64,000 nucleotides of DNA from Truepera sp. (GTDB lineage Bacteria; Deinococcota; Deinococci; Deinococcales; Trueperaceae), in NCBI GenBank assembly GCA_965218435.1, contig CBDCKW010000005.1, positions 320,001 to 384,000 on the forward strand, read 5' to 3'. The notes below the pieces were generated by a model that made no database searches, was not told where the DNA came from, and saw nothing but the letters and a program-made list of their open reading frames with translations. A program made the position numbers and the translations under genes. Shown in pieces: positions 8,356-17,516 of this stretch (its first letter is position 1; each line of letters starts with the position of its first letter).

Positions 8356-11160
8356 CTATTCACCGCCGTACACCGTCGCCTCGACAATCGACCACCAGTT
8401 CCCGGCGCTGCCTGTCTGGACGATGCGGACGTAGCGGGCTTCTTGTGACGCTACTGGGATACGCGTGATCGTCGCGCCTGTCCCCGTCGCCACGGGCGCA
8501 CCCCAATTCTGCCCGTCGGTGGACAGGTAAAGTTCGAAGCGCCGGGGGTAATCGCCACTGCCCGTTCCAGCGTCTAGCTCGAGCCCCGTGAGCGTGTAGG
8601 GTTGACTCAGATCAAGCTCGAAAGTTTGCCCGGAGGTCTGCCCCTGCCCGGTAGCCCAGCGCGTACCGAGGTCTCCGTCAATAGCGTTCGCGGGCGGGTC
8701 GTAAGGAGCGTTAAAGACGGACGCGCTCGCCGTAAAATCGCTGCTGTCCAGGGGCGTACCGAGATTAGGCTCGGGTTCGGGCTCCGGCTCGGGCGGGGTA
8801 TCGCTGATGGTGTAGGCGTCTAGTTCGACAATCGACCACCAGCTCCCGGAGTTGCCGGTTTGTACGATGCGGACGTAACGCGCCTCTTGCGGGCTGAAGG
8901 CGATGCGGGTGACGCTCGCCCCCGTTCCCTTGGCGACGGGTTCGCCCCAACTACTGCCGTCCAGCGACAAGTAGACTTCGTAACCACGCGGATAGTCGCC
9001 GCTGCCCGCGCCTGCGTTCAGGTCCAGCCCGGTGAGCAGGTAGGGCTGCGCCATGTCGATCTCGAAAAACTGACCGCTCGTTTGCCCTTCGCCTGTTGTC
9101 CAGCGTGTACCGAGGTCGCCGTCGATAGCATTTTGCGGCGGGTCGTAAGGCTCATTAAAAACTGAGGCGTTGACCTGCCAGTTGGCGCGGTTTATCTTGC
9201 GCTCGAGGTCGGGCGGCGAGTCTCCACCCTCATTTTGACTGAAGGTAAACCAGTTGAGTTTGGCAACGTCCGTACCTCCGCGAAACACCACGTACAGGTC
9301 GAAGGTACCGGGGCTGATAGACAGGGGCGCAACAACGGTCTTCCAAGACGGCCCGCCGCTGATGGTCGCGCTGCCTAGTAGTTGGCCGTCTACGCCACCT
9401 TCCCGGAACTCGATCTGTCCGCCGCTCGCTCCCGCCGCCACGCGCAGTTCGGCGCTCCGCGCCGCCTCCGCAAAGGTGACATTTTTGAAAATGAGATAGT
9501 CCCCGTCGCGGCTACTCGTCGCCACCAGCGTGTCGTCGTCCTGACGCTCGAAGCGCAGGCCCGACATCAGGCTGTAGTCCTCGGCCTCGATACGCTGCAC
9601 CGTGTCGACGCTGCGGCTCTTATGGCTGGGTCCGTCCCACACGAAGGTCGCTACCGATTCGCCCGGCAGCGTATACACGAATGCCCGACCGCCCTCACGG
9701 ACTTTGAAGGTTTTGGGCGTTTTGTTGACGTTGAGCGCGATCAGCGAACGGTAACCCCTCGGGTCGACGAAGGCGACGGTCTCGAGGTCGTTATAAACCG
9801 AGGTCGAACGGATACGCTGCGCCCCCGGTCCCGCCGCTTTGCCGCCGTGCCCAAGGGCATAAAACTCTTCATTATAGGTAACCTTGCCCGTTGAGCGGTC
9901 TATGGTGATGACGCCCCGGCAATCCTCACAGCCGCCGTTTGTGGGGCCGTGGTTTTCGTCAAGGGCTAAGTTCCAGAGCAGCACCGTTTTTGCCCAGCTG
10001 CGCGTCGCGCCGATAATCAAGTTTTGCACGTTGTAAACGAGGTTTTCGTTAAAGTTGGGCGCACCCTCGTAGCCTGAACATTCGGTAAAGTAGATATCTT
10101 TATCGGGATGGGCGTTTTTGACCGTGTCCTGGGCTGAAACGTCGCCGCCGTAACAGTGAAAGGCACTCCCCTGCACGTAGGCTTTAGCAGCACTGTCGCC
10201 AAGAACCTCAAGAGGATAGTCGATCAAGTCCCAGTTGTGGTCGAACGCCAAAATCCCCACGTCCAGCCCCTCGAGGGTCGGCCCGAGATGGTTTTTGACA
10301 AAGTCCGCCTGCTCGGAGGCAGACATGAGCATACTGGGGTACGTTTCGGGGCCGAACAGCGGCTCGTTTTGCACCGTCACCAAGTCAACGTTGACACCTT
10401 CGGCAGCGTAGGCTTGCAAGAACTTCTTAAAGTAGTCGGCGTAGCTGCCGTAATACTCGGGCTTTAGGCTGCCCGCAGGTAGCTGTCCGTTATCTTTCAT
10501 CCAGGCGGGGGCACTCCAGGGCGTCGCCATCAAGGTCAGGTCGCCCGCGTAACGCGCCATCTCCCGTACCAGCGGCAAGATATACGCTTCGTCGTGCGCG
10601 ACGCTGAACTGACTTTGGTCCGGGTCGGTTTTACCCTCGGGCAGGTCGTTGTAGGTGTAACTGCTGAGCGCAAAATCCGACGCGCCCATCGGCAGGCGGA
10701 TCGCGCGTAAACCCGCTCCGTTTAGACGCCAGAACAGGGTTTTGAAAACGCGGTTGCGCTCGCCGGGGTTCAACTCATTCGCCAAAAGCCACGCTGACGA
10801 ATCAGTCAGCGCCGCGCCGAAGCCCTCGATCTCCTGGTACGTCTGGTTGGCGTCGACGTCAATGGTTACGTCGGCAGCAGCGTCAACTGCCGCCGACATC
10901 TTGAGGGGACGCTCGCGGCTCAGCAAGTGCTGCCGGTCGCCGGTAGTCAGCCACACGGCAACTTTGCTGCCGCGCCCCAAGCCGAGCGTCTCGAGCCCCG
11001 CTGACTCCGTATGTTCACCTCCTTGGGTCTCTCCCGCTTGGGCCAGGGGTACTACGTTCTGCCGGCAAGCCGCTAGCGTCAAGGTAAAAACCATAAAGAG
11101 CAGGAGCAGCCCCCAGCACTGTTTGGACCGGTATGACATAAGAACGGGCACTGTTTTCAC
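8356..11160 (-). CDS. GH30 glycoside hydrolase lipoprotein (probable beta-1,6-glucanase type) with a CBM6-like module and two F5/8 (CBM32) domains
   Basis: Lipobox LAAC; GFGAALTDS, PWSAPAWMK, QNEP acid/base, FTEC nucleophile; IEAEDY module; two AIDGDLGTRW...DYPR repeats separated by a PEPEPE linker. Confidence 0.9.
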   Translation of the reverse strand: MKTVPVLMSYRSKQCWGLLLLFMVFTLTLAACRQNVVPLAQAGETQGGEHTESAGLETLGLGRGSKVAVWLTTGDRQHLLSRERPLKMSAAVDAAADVTIDVDANQTYQEIEGFGAALTDSSAWLLANELNPGERNRVFKTLFWRLNGAGLRAIRLPMGASDFALSSYTYNDLPEGKTDPDQSQFSVAHDEAYILPLVREMARYAGDLTLMATPWSAPAWMKDNGQLPAGSLKPEYYGSYADYFKKFLQAYAAEGVNVDLVTVQNEPLFGPETYPSMLMSASEQADFVKNHLGPTLEGLDVGILAFDHNWDLIDYPLEVLGDSAAKAYVQGSAFHCYGGDVSAQDTVKNAHPDKDIYFTECSGYEGAPNFNENLVYNVQNLIIGATRSWAKTVLLWNLALDENHGPTNGGCEDCRGVITIDRSTGKVTYNEEFYALGHGGKAAGPGAQRIRSTSVYNDLETVAFVDPRGYRSLIALNVNKTPKTFKVREGGRAFVYTLPGESVATFVWDGPSHKSRSVDTVQRIEAEDYSLMSGLRFERQDDDTLVATSSRDGDYLIFKNVTFAEAARSAELRVAAGASGGQIEFREGGVDGQLLGSATISGGPSWKTVVAPLSISPGTFDLYVVFRGGTDVAKLNWFTFSQNEGGDSPPDLERKINRANWQVNASVFNEPYDPPQNAIDGDLGTRWTTGEGQTSGQFFEIDMAQPYLLTGLDLNAGAGSGDYPRGYEVYLSLDGSSWGEPVAKGTGASVTRIAFSPQEARYVRIVQTGNSGSWWSIVELDAYTISDTPPEPEPEPEPNLGTPLDSSDFTASASVFNAPYDPPANAIDGDLGTRWATGQGQTSGQTFELDLSQPYTLTGLELDAGTGSGDYPRRFELYLSTDGQNWGAPVATGTGATITRIPVASQEARYVRIVQTGSAGNWWSIVEATVYGGE

Positions 11161-11405
11161 CGCCGTTTCCTCTAAATTTTTTCTACGCCGTTTATTTTAC
11201 GTCATAAAAAAAGGGGCGTCAAGTCGGCTCGAATCAAAATTTCTAACCGGTACTTATTTGCCCTCCAAGGGTTCCGTCCCTCTCCTCGACCTGACGACTG
11301 ACTTTGCGGCTCAAACCGCCCATTACGCTTGGGGGGTGCAGACCGGCAGTATAAGCAGTGAGGGTCGGTGCAGGAGCTGAATGCTTATCGGTAACTGCGG
11401 TGCGC

Positions 11406-11411
11406 TATACT
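11406..11411 (+). promoter_or_regulatory. -10 box (TATACT) of a probable leaderless ROK transcript
   Basis: TATACT 7 nt before ATG 11419; no SD sequence. Confidence 0.55.
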
Positions 11412-11415
11412 CGGG

Positions 11416-12690
11416 GTGATGCCCAAACGTACAACCCGTGACCTGCGCTACCTAAACCGCCGCAGGGTACTCGAGACGCTCTACTTCGGCGGCCCCGTCA
11501 CGCGGCTTGAACTCAGCGCACGGCTAGGTTTGAGCCCGGCGACGGTAACGAACGTCGTGTCCGACCTCTTGGGAGAGGGGCTTGTTTTAGAGACTGGAAC
11601 GCTGGGCTCAAACGGCGGCAGACCCAGCGTGGCTCTGGGTGTCAACCCTCGGTACGGTTCCTTTATCGGCGTGGGCGTCGGTGAGACGCACATCCACTGC
11701 GACCTCTTCGACTTTACGCTGACCCCCCGCGACCACGTACGTTTCGACCTGACCGGCGTCGATCCCGACCCCGATTTGGTGAGGCGCTCTATCGGCGAGG
11801 GCGTTCGTACCTTGCTGGGGCGGAGCGGTTTGGCTCCCGCCGAGGTGAAGGGCGTCGGGATCGGAGTTCCCGGCATCGTCGATAGTGAGGGCCGGGTGTC
11901 CGTCTTCGCTCAGGCGTGGCACTGGGACCAGGTACCTCTTCAAGTGCAGCTCGAGGACGACCTGCGGCTGCCCATTTATCTCGATAACGGCGCGCAGTCG
12001 ATGGCGCTGGCAGAGATGTGGTTTGGCGCGGGACGGGGTGTGGAAAACCTGGTGGTCGTGCTGTTAGGAACAGGGGTCGGGGCAGGCATCATCTTGGGGG
12101 GCAAGCTCTACCGCAGCCTCAGCAACAGCGCAGGCGAGTTCGGGCATACCTGCGTCAGCGTGGGCGGCTGGGCTTGCCGCTGCGGAGGGCGCGGCTGCGT
12201 CGAAGCCTACGTCGGGGCACCCGGTATCATCCGGCGTTGGCAGGGTGAGAGCCATGATATGGATCAGGTCGCGTCGGTAGAGGCGCTACGCGCAGCCTAC
12301 GAAGCCGGTGACGCTAAAGCACAGGCTACCGTGTATGAGGTGGCCGAGTATCTAGGGGTGGGACTGGCGAACCTAGTCAACCTGATCAACCCGCGGCGCA
12401 TCGTTTTGGGGGGCTGGGTCGGTGAGCTTTTGGGGGAGCCGTTGCTACCCGAAGTGCGCCGCGCCGTGTCCCGACAGGCGTTACGGGTACCGCTGGCCCA
12501 CCTGAACATCGTTTTGAGCGATCTCAAGCGGGAGGCCGTCAGCAAAGGAGCGGCGGCGTTGGTGCTCGAAGATTTTTTACGTCAGGTTCCGGTTTCGTTA
12601 GACGAGTGGCCTTCCCCTGGGCGTGGCAAAGACGTTATTGCCGAAGAACTGCGGGAGATGCCCGGCAAAGACTTTCCGATTGCCAAATGA
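11416..12690 (+). CDS. ROK family transcriptional repressor (NagC/XylR-like)
   Basis: N-terminal HTH; GIGVPG; GEFGH and CxCGxxGCxE motifs; divergent from the GH30 gene. Confidence 0.93.
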   Translation: MMPKRTTRDLRYLNRRRVLETLYFGGPVTRLELSARLGLSPATVTNVVSDLLGEGLVLETGTLGSNGGRPSVALGVNPRYGSFIGVGVGETHIHCDLFDFTLTPRDHVRFDLTGVDPDPDLVRRSIGEGVRTLLGRSGLAPAEVKGVGIGVPGIVDSEGRVSVFAQAWHWDQVPLQVQLEDDLRLPIYLDNGAQSMALAEMWFGAGRGVENLVVVLLGTGVGAGIILGGKLYRSLSNSAGEFGHTCVSVGGWACRCGGRGCVEAYVGAPGIIRRWQGESHDMDQVASVEALRAAYEAGDAKAQATVYEVAEYLGVGLANLVNLINPRRIVLGGWVGELLGEPLLPEVRRAVSRQALRVPLAHLNIVLSDLKREAVSKGAAALVLEDFLRQVPVSLDEWPSPGRGKDVIAEELREMPGKDFPIAK

Positions 12691-12926
12691 CGAGCAGCCT
12701 CGGCATGGTGAGCATGTCGTAGCCCGAGTTTACTGACCGTCCTTCTGTCCGCTGACGCCTGCTAGTGCAGCTGGAGTGGGCGGAAATGGCGGTTGAGGGA
12801 CTTGAACACGGGAAGCACCGGGCATGGCGGGAGGATTCCGTCAACTTATTTTGGCTAGAGCGGTGGCAAACTATGAAAGTTTACGCCATTTCGACATGCG
12901 GCTATCCTAACGAGGTGAATAAAAGT

Positions 12927-13517
12927 CTACTCCGCGAGGGGCCGCAATCCACCCAGCAAAATACCGACGTAACGCTCAACTTCTGCGTGAATTCCAGCGC
13001 GGTTGTCCATACCCAAACGGACAGCCACTTCAAAACCACAAAGTAACCGCCGCAGATCGTCAGCGTCAATGTCGGGTCGGATAGCCCCAGCTTGACGGGC
13101 ATTCTCGAGCAGCCGGTTTAGAGCCACAAGGGTCGCCTTTTTTAGCTCTAAAGTCTCGACACAGGCGTTTTTAGGCGAGCGTAGCACAGCGGCGAGTCCA
13201 GCGTCCTCGAGCTGATAGGTCAGCGCAGCGTGAAGAAGACGCTTCAAGCCTACAGCGGAATCTTCGTCCGCCGCAGCTTGCGCCTCAGCGAGAAGCTGTT
13301 CAAAGCTGCCTAGTGCCAAGGACTCGAGCAGCACCTGCCGGTTGGGAAAATGCCGATAGACCGTCCCGACGCCAACGCCCGCGCGTTTGGCGATGGTATT
13401 CATCGGTAAGGTGTCATCGCCGGTCTCGAGCAGCTCACGGGCCACCTCGAGGACTCGGGTGCGGTTGCGAGCCGCGTCTGCACGCAGGTCATCGGCAGGA
13501 AGGGCTTGCTGCTCCAC
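12927..13517 (-). CDS. TetR/AcrR family regulator
   Basis: RADAARNR...IAKRAGVGVGTVYRHFP; divergent from the SDR gene. Confidence 0.93.
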   Translation of the reverse strand: MEQQALPADDLRADAARNRTRVLEVARELLETGDDTLPMNTIAKRAGVGVGTVYRHFPNRQVLLESLALGSFEQLLAEAQAAADEDSAVGLKRLLHAALTYQLEDAGLAAVLRSPKNACVETLELKKATLVALNRLLENARQAGAIRPDIDADDLRRLLCGFEVAVRLGMDNRAGIHAEVERYVGILLGGLRPLAE

Positions 13518-13649
13518 CTGTCTAGCTTAACAACTGGACATTCCCTCCATTTGTCTTGCGGAAAGCCGGATATGGCATCCGCTTAATGCTAGGCTCTTCT
13601 AACGGATGTTTTATCCGCTTATTTCTTAGATACGCTGAAGGAGCAGCAG

Positions 13650-14570
13650 ATGAGCAAAGCTAGTCGCAGCACGCCTTTACCTCACACCCCTAGCCACACC
13701 GCGCTCGTTACAGGCGGTACCTCCGGCATTGGTCGCGCGACCGCGTTGGAACTCGCCCGTCAGGGTCTAACCGTCGTCATTACTGGCCATGATGTGGCGC
13801 GGACTCGAGCCGCAGTTGCCTTAATTCAGCAAGAGAGCGGCAACCATAGCGTCTCTTATCTGCTGGCCGACTTCTTCCGACCCACTAAGGTGCAGGCATT
13901 GGCCCAAACGTTTTTAGCCACGCACGACCGGCTGGACATCCTGATCAACAATGCGGGCGGTACCTTCTCCGAACGCAAGCTCACGCCGGACGGGTTTGAA
14001 CGTACCTGGGCGCTCAACCATTTAGCTTATATGGGGTTGACCTTGGCTTTGTTACCGCTCCTCGAGGCCAGTGCCCCCGCCCGCATCGTCAACGTCGCTT
14101 CGGGGTTGTACGCCCGCACGCTCGAGTTCGACAACCTGCAAGGCGAGCGGCGCTACAGCATGGGCGGCGCTTACCTGCGTTCTAAACTCGCCAACCAACT
14201 TTTTACTTATGCGTTGGCTCGTCGCCTAGTCGGTACCGGCGTTACGGTCAACGCCGTTAATCCGGGCGTGATCAAGACGGGTTTGGCACGTGAAACTAGA
14301 GGTATGGATAAATTCATGAACCTGCTGATCACACCGCTCCAAAAAACGCCTGAGCAGGGCGCGTTTCCGTCTGTTTACATGGCGACCTCACCCGAGGTTG
14401 AAGGGGTGAGTGGACGGTTCTTCGACAAGAACAAATTCGTTGCGACCAAACCCGTAACTCACAATGAAGCTTTGCAAGAGCAGCTCTGGCAGGTCAGTTT
14501 GCAGCAACTCGGTCTGAATTCGGACGAGGCGGCCCTAAGCTCACGCTGCGTTCTAAGGCCTTCTACCTGA
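13650..14570 (+). CDS. SDR family oxidoreductase (retinol dehydrogenase-like)
   Basis: TGGTSGIG, NNAG, YLRSK catalytic motif. Confidence 0.93.
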   Translation: MSKASRSTPLPHTPSHTALVTGGTSGIGRATALELARQGLTVVITGHDVARTRAAVALIQQESGNHSVSYLLADFFRPTKVQALAQTFLATHDRLDILINNAGGTFSERKLTPDGFERTWALNHLAYMGLTLALLPLLEASAPARIVNVASGLYARTLEFDNLQGERRYSMGGAYLRSKLANQLFTYALARRLVGTGVTVNAVNPGVIKTGLARETRGMDKFMNLLITPLQKTPEQGAFPSVYMATSPEVEGVSGRFFDKNKFVATKPVTHNEALQEQLWQVSLQQLGLNSDEAALSSRCVLRPST

Positions 14571-14622
14571 GCGGCAGCCAGCTTAGTTTTTCTTACCGCT
14601 TGCCCGAACTGGAGCATCGAGC

Positions 14623-15627
14623 ATGAATACAAAGGTCATTGTTGATAAACCGGGCGCAATAGACGTGCTGAACCTAGTAGATGAGCTCGAGCCCGTTCCC
14701 AACAAGGGTGAGGTCAAAGTGCGGATTCTCGCCAGCGGCGTCGCTTTCGGCGACGTTATGCTGCGTCTGGGTATCGGTACCCCCGCCTCGGCTTATCCAC
14801 TTACCCCCGGCTACGATGTGGTCGGCGTGGTCGAAGCCGTAGGGCCGGGTGCCGTAAAGTACAACGTCGGCGACCGAGTTGCCGGTCTCCCCGGCAAAGA
14901 CGGCTACCAACAGTTTATCTGTCTGCCCGAGCACGAGCTGATACCGGTTCCGCAGGGCCTCGAGCCGGACGAGGTGGTCAGCGTCATCCTCAACTACACC
15001 ACGGCGTACCAACTCTTGACGAGAGTAGCCCACCTAAAAGCAGGCGACAAGGCGCTGATTCATGGCGCGGCAGGTGGTGTTGGGACGGCAATGCTGCAAC
15101 TCGCGCAGCTTATGGGCATCAACATGTACGGCACAGCGAGCACCGGCAAACTGGAACTGGTCGAGCAGTTAGGCGGTGTGCCTCTTGACTACCAGCGTAC
15201 AGACTTCGTTAAGGAACTTTTAGAGATGCAACCAACCGGGGTACAGGCGGTTTTTGACCCTATCGGCGGCGCACAGCTGTCACGGTCGTACAAGGTGCTG
15301 GCCAAAAAGGGAACGCTGGTGATGTTTAACGTGGCCGCAGCGTCCCAGGGAAGGAATCCGACCCTGGCGCTGGTAGCGTCGGTTGCTCGGTTGTTCTGGC
15401 TCAAGCTTCGACCTGATACCCGACACGCCGAGACCTACCTGATAGAAGCGGCCAAAAGAAAGCGTCCTGAGCAGTTTCACAGTGACGTCGGCGCTCTTTT
15501 AGACTTACTTAAAGAGGACAAAATTAAACCGCAAATCGCGCAGGTACTGCCGCTGAGCGAGGTCAGAAAGGCACACGAGTTACTCCAAAACGCGAAAGTA
15601 ACCGGCAAGATTGTCCTGCGCCCTTGA
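14623..15627 (+). CDS. Medium-chain dehydrogenase/reductase (quinone oxidoreductase-like)
   Basis: PGYDVVG, HGAAGGVG, C-terminal GKIVL. Confidence 0.9.
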   Translation: MNTKVIVDKPGAIDVLNLVDELEPVPNKGEVKVRILASGVAFGDVMLRLGIGTPASAYPLTPGYDVVGVVEAVGPGAVKYNVGDRVAGLPGKDGYQQFICLPEHELIPVPQGLEPDEVVSVILNYTTAYQLLTRVAHLKAGDKALIHGAAGGVGTAMLQLAQLMGINMYGTASTGKLELVEQLGGVPLDYQRTDFVKELLEMQPTGVQAVFDPIGGAQLSRSYKVLAKKGTLVMFNVAAASQGRNPTLALVASVARLFWLKLRPDTRHAETYLIEAAKRKRPEQFHSDVGALLDLLKEDKIKPQIAQVLPLSEVRKAHELLQNAKVTGKIVLRP

Positions 15628-15707
15628 ACCGGTCAAAGCAGGAGCCAAGATAAAAACTCGGCTCCATAAGTTGGAAAGCGTCCTAAGGTGACAGCACTAG
15701 TCCGTAC

Positions 15708-17084
15708 CTAATCTTTCACTAACGGGCCGAGCTGTTTAGCAAACGGGTAACCGTCTTGGGCGTCCCAATCGAGTCGCCAGTCAAACACCCCTTTGACCTG
15801 CGGGTAGCGGGCATCGAGCTGCTTAAAGGTATCAACTACCGCGTCAAGCTTCCAATAATTGTTAAGTTCGTTGTTAACCCCAAAACCGACCACCACGTTT
15901 TCCGGCCCCAGTAGGTCCATCCAGAGCTTGATATTTTCTAAAAGGTAGGCGGGGTCGCTCAAGTCGGGGCCGTCGTAATACTGCGGCGCGCAGTAGTCGA
16001 GCGCACCGGCGTCAAGCATAGCTTTACAAAACGTCTGGTCGCGCCCGTTCCACGGTGCGGGCGGCGCGGTGATTAAAAAGCCGGGGTAACGGCGCTTGAG
16101 TTCTTTGGCAACCCAGATCATCTCAGGCGTGTTGGGGTCGGCTTCGGCCTCGAAGGTATTAAAGTCCAGGCCGTCAAAGCCGCCCCACGCGTTGTAAAGC
16201 TTCACGACGCTGTTAACAAAGTTTTGCGACACGTTGCGGTCGGTAAAGCGGATCGCTTGCCCCGCCCCACCTGCTGAAAGGATAAACTTGCGCCCCTGCC
16301 GACGGGAGAGCTGCATATCTGCGGCCCAGTTGGTCCAGGCACCGTTTCCATCGGGGGGCGCGGCAAACTTCAGCGTACCGGCAGGCTCGCCCCCGGCTTG
16401 GGTAGCCGAAAACAGATAGATCAGGTTGTAATTGGGGTCAATGTCTTTAAGGCGTGGGACGCTCTCGGCAAAGGTTGCGTAGTAGGCCGCAACGACCTTG
16501 TCACTATTACTGCTGGGTGGGTTGGGTGCAGTGGGGTCACATGCAGCCAGTGCCCAGAAGTAGGTGCTGATCGGGGGGATGGTGCCTTCGGTGCCTCGGT
16601 CGGTCACTCTGATAACCCGGTAGGTGCGGCTGTCGGGCGGGTAGACAACAAAGTCGCCCAGATTATAGTTGACGCCTGCGGTCCAGGTCCTAAGGTTGCA
16701 CGGGTTGGCGTTGCCCACACGTGTAACCTTAACCGAGCTGAGTAGATCGTTAAAGTCGTTGTCGGTTAAACAGCTGTCATCCTTAGCTAAGCTGAGGCTT
16801 CGGCCTTGGTAATCGGTATCGACAAAAATTTCGACCTTGTAGCCGTCTCTAACCCGGATTGACGATACCTTATCGTTCGGCATCCCGAGCGCAGTGAGGT
16901 CGTTGACCGTATAGTTGCCTTCTGCTAAATTGACGCTCCCACCGGCAAAGGGGCAGTCAATATAGAGCGTGGCAGCGTTGACGGCAGCAGTGTCAAGTGT
17001 TGGGTCGGTCTTGTCAAGCGCGTTACACGCACTCATGAGCAGCGCCGCTCCGACGGGAAGCAGTAAGGCTGTTAGTTTAGACAT
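15708..17084 (-). CDS. GH18-like chitinase lipoprotein with beta/gamma-crystallin and CBM5/12-like modules
   Basis: Lipobox MSAC; NDKVSSIRV/FNDLLSSVKV crystallin repeats; WTAGVNYNLGDFVVY module; SAGG and FDGLDFNTFE; PQYY. Confidence 0.8.
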   Translation of the reverse strand: MSKLTALLLPVGAALLMSACNALDKTDPTLDTAAVNAATLYIDCPFAGGSVNLAEGNYTVNDLTALGMPNDKVSSIRVRDGYKVEIFVDTDYQGRSLSLAKDDSCLTDNDFNDLLSSVKVTRVGNANPCNLRTWTAGVNYNLGDFVVYPPDSRTYRVIRVTDRGTEGTIPPISTYFWALAACDPTAPNPPSSNSDKVVAAYYATFAESVPRLKDIDPNYNLIYLFSATQAGGEPAGTLKFAAPPDGNGAWTNWAADMQLSRRQGRKFILSAGGAGQAIRFTDRNVSQNFVNSVVKLYNAWGGFDGLDFNTFEAEADPNTPEMIWVAKELKRRYPGFLITAPPAPWNGRDQTFCKAMLDAGALDYCAPQYYDGPDLSDPAYLLENIKLWMDLLGPENVVVGFGVNNELNNYWKLDAVVDTFKQLDARYPQVKGVFDWRLDWDAQDGYPFAKQLGPLVKD

Positions 17085-17516
17085 GGCGTCTCCTCCTTGA
17101 AATGTGTTTGAACCAAATCCTGGCTAGGTTTTTACGGCCCGCGATACTGGGCAACCCAACGTCTTAAACGCTGTGTGGACGAGCGGCTCGCGTTACATTT
17201 ATGGCAGCCCCGCAGATGTGCCCCGGCGAGCCGTAAAAAGTCCGAGGCTCCACGAATTACCCGCGCTTCGCGGGTCCATTTGGGAACGCCTGAACCGTTA
17301 CGAAGCGCTCCCAAAACAGCTGAAACCTATGTCAAACGTTCGACGTCATGAACCACCTGGACAACGACCGCTCCCCCTTACCCATTGTTCATTGGCGGTA
17401 ACTCTAGCGATAACGTTCTTACGTTGTCAAGCTGCCAATACTGAAATTGGTCTGATCAAAGAACAAATCTCTTACAAAAGTTGATCCGGTTACGCTAACG
17501 TGGCTCTTTTGACATT

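Noticed and set aside
8356..9190. Long internal direct repeat
   Set aside because: Explained by tandem F5/8 domains in the GH30 protein
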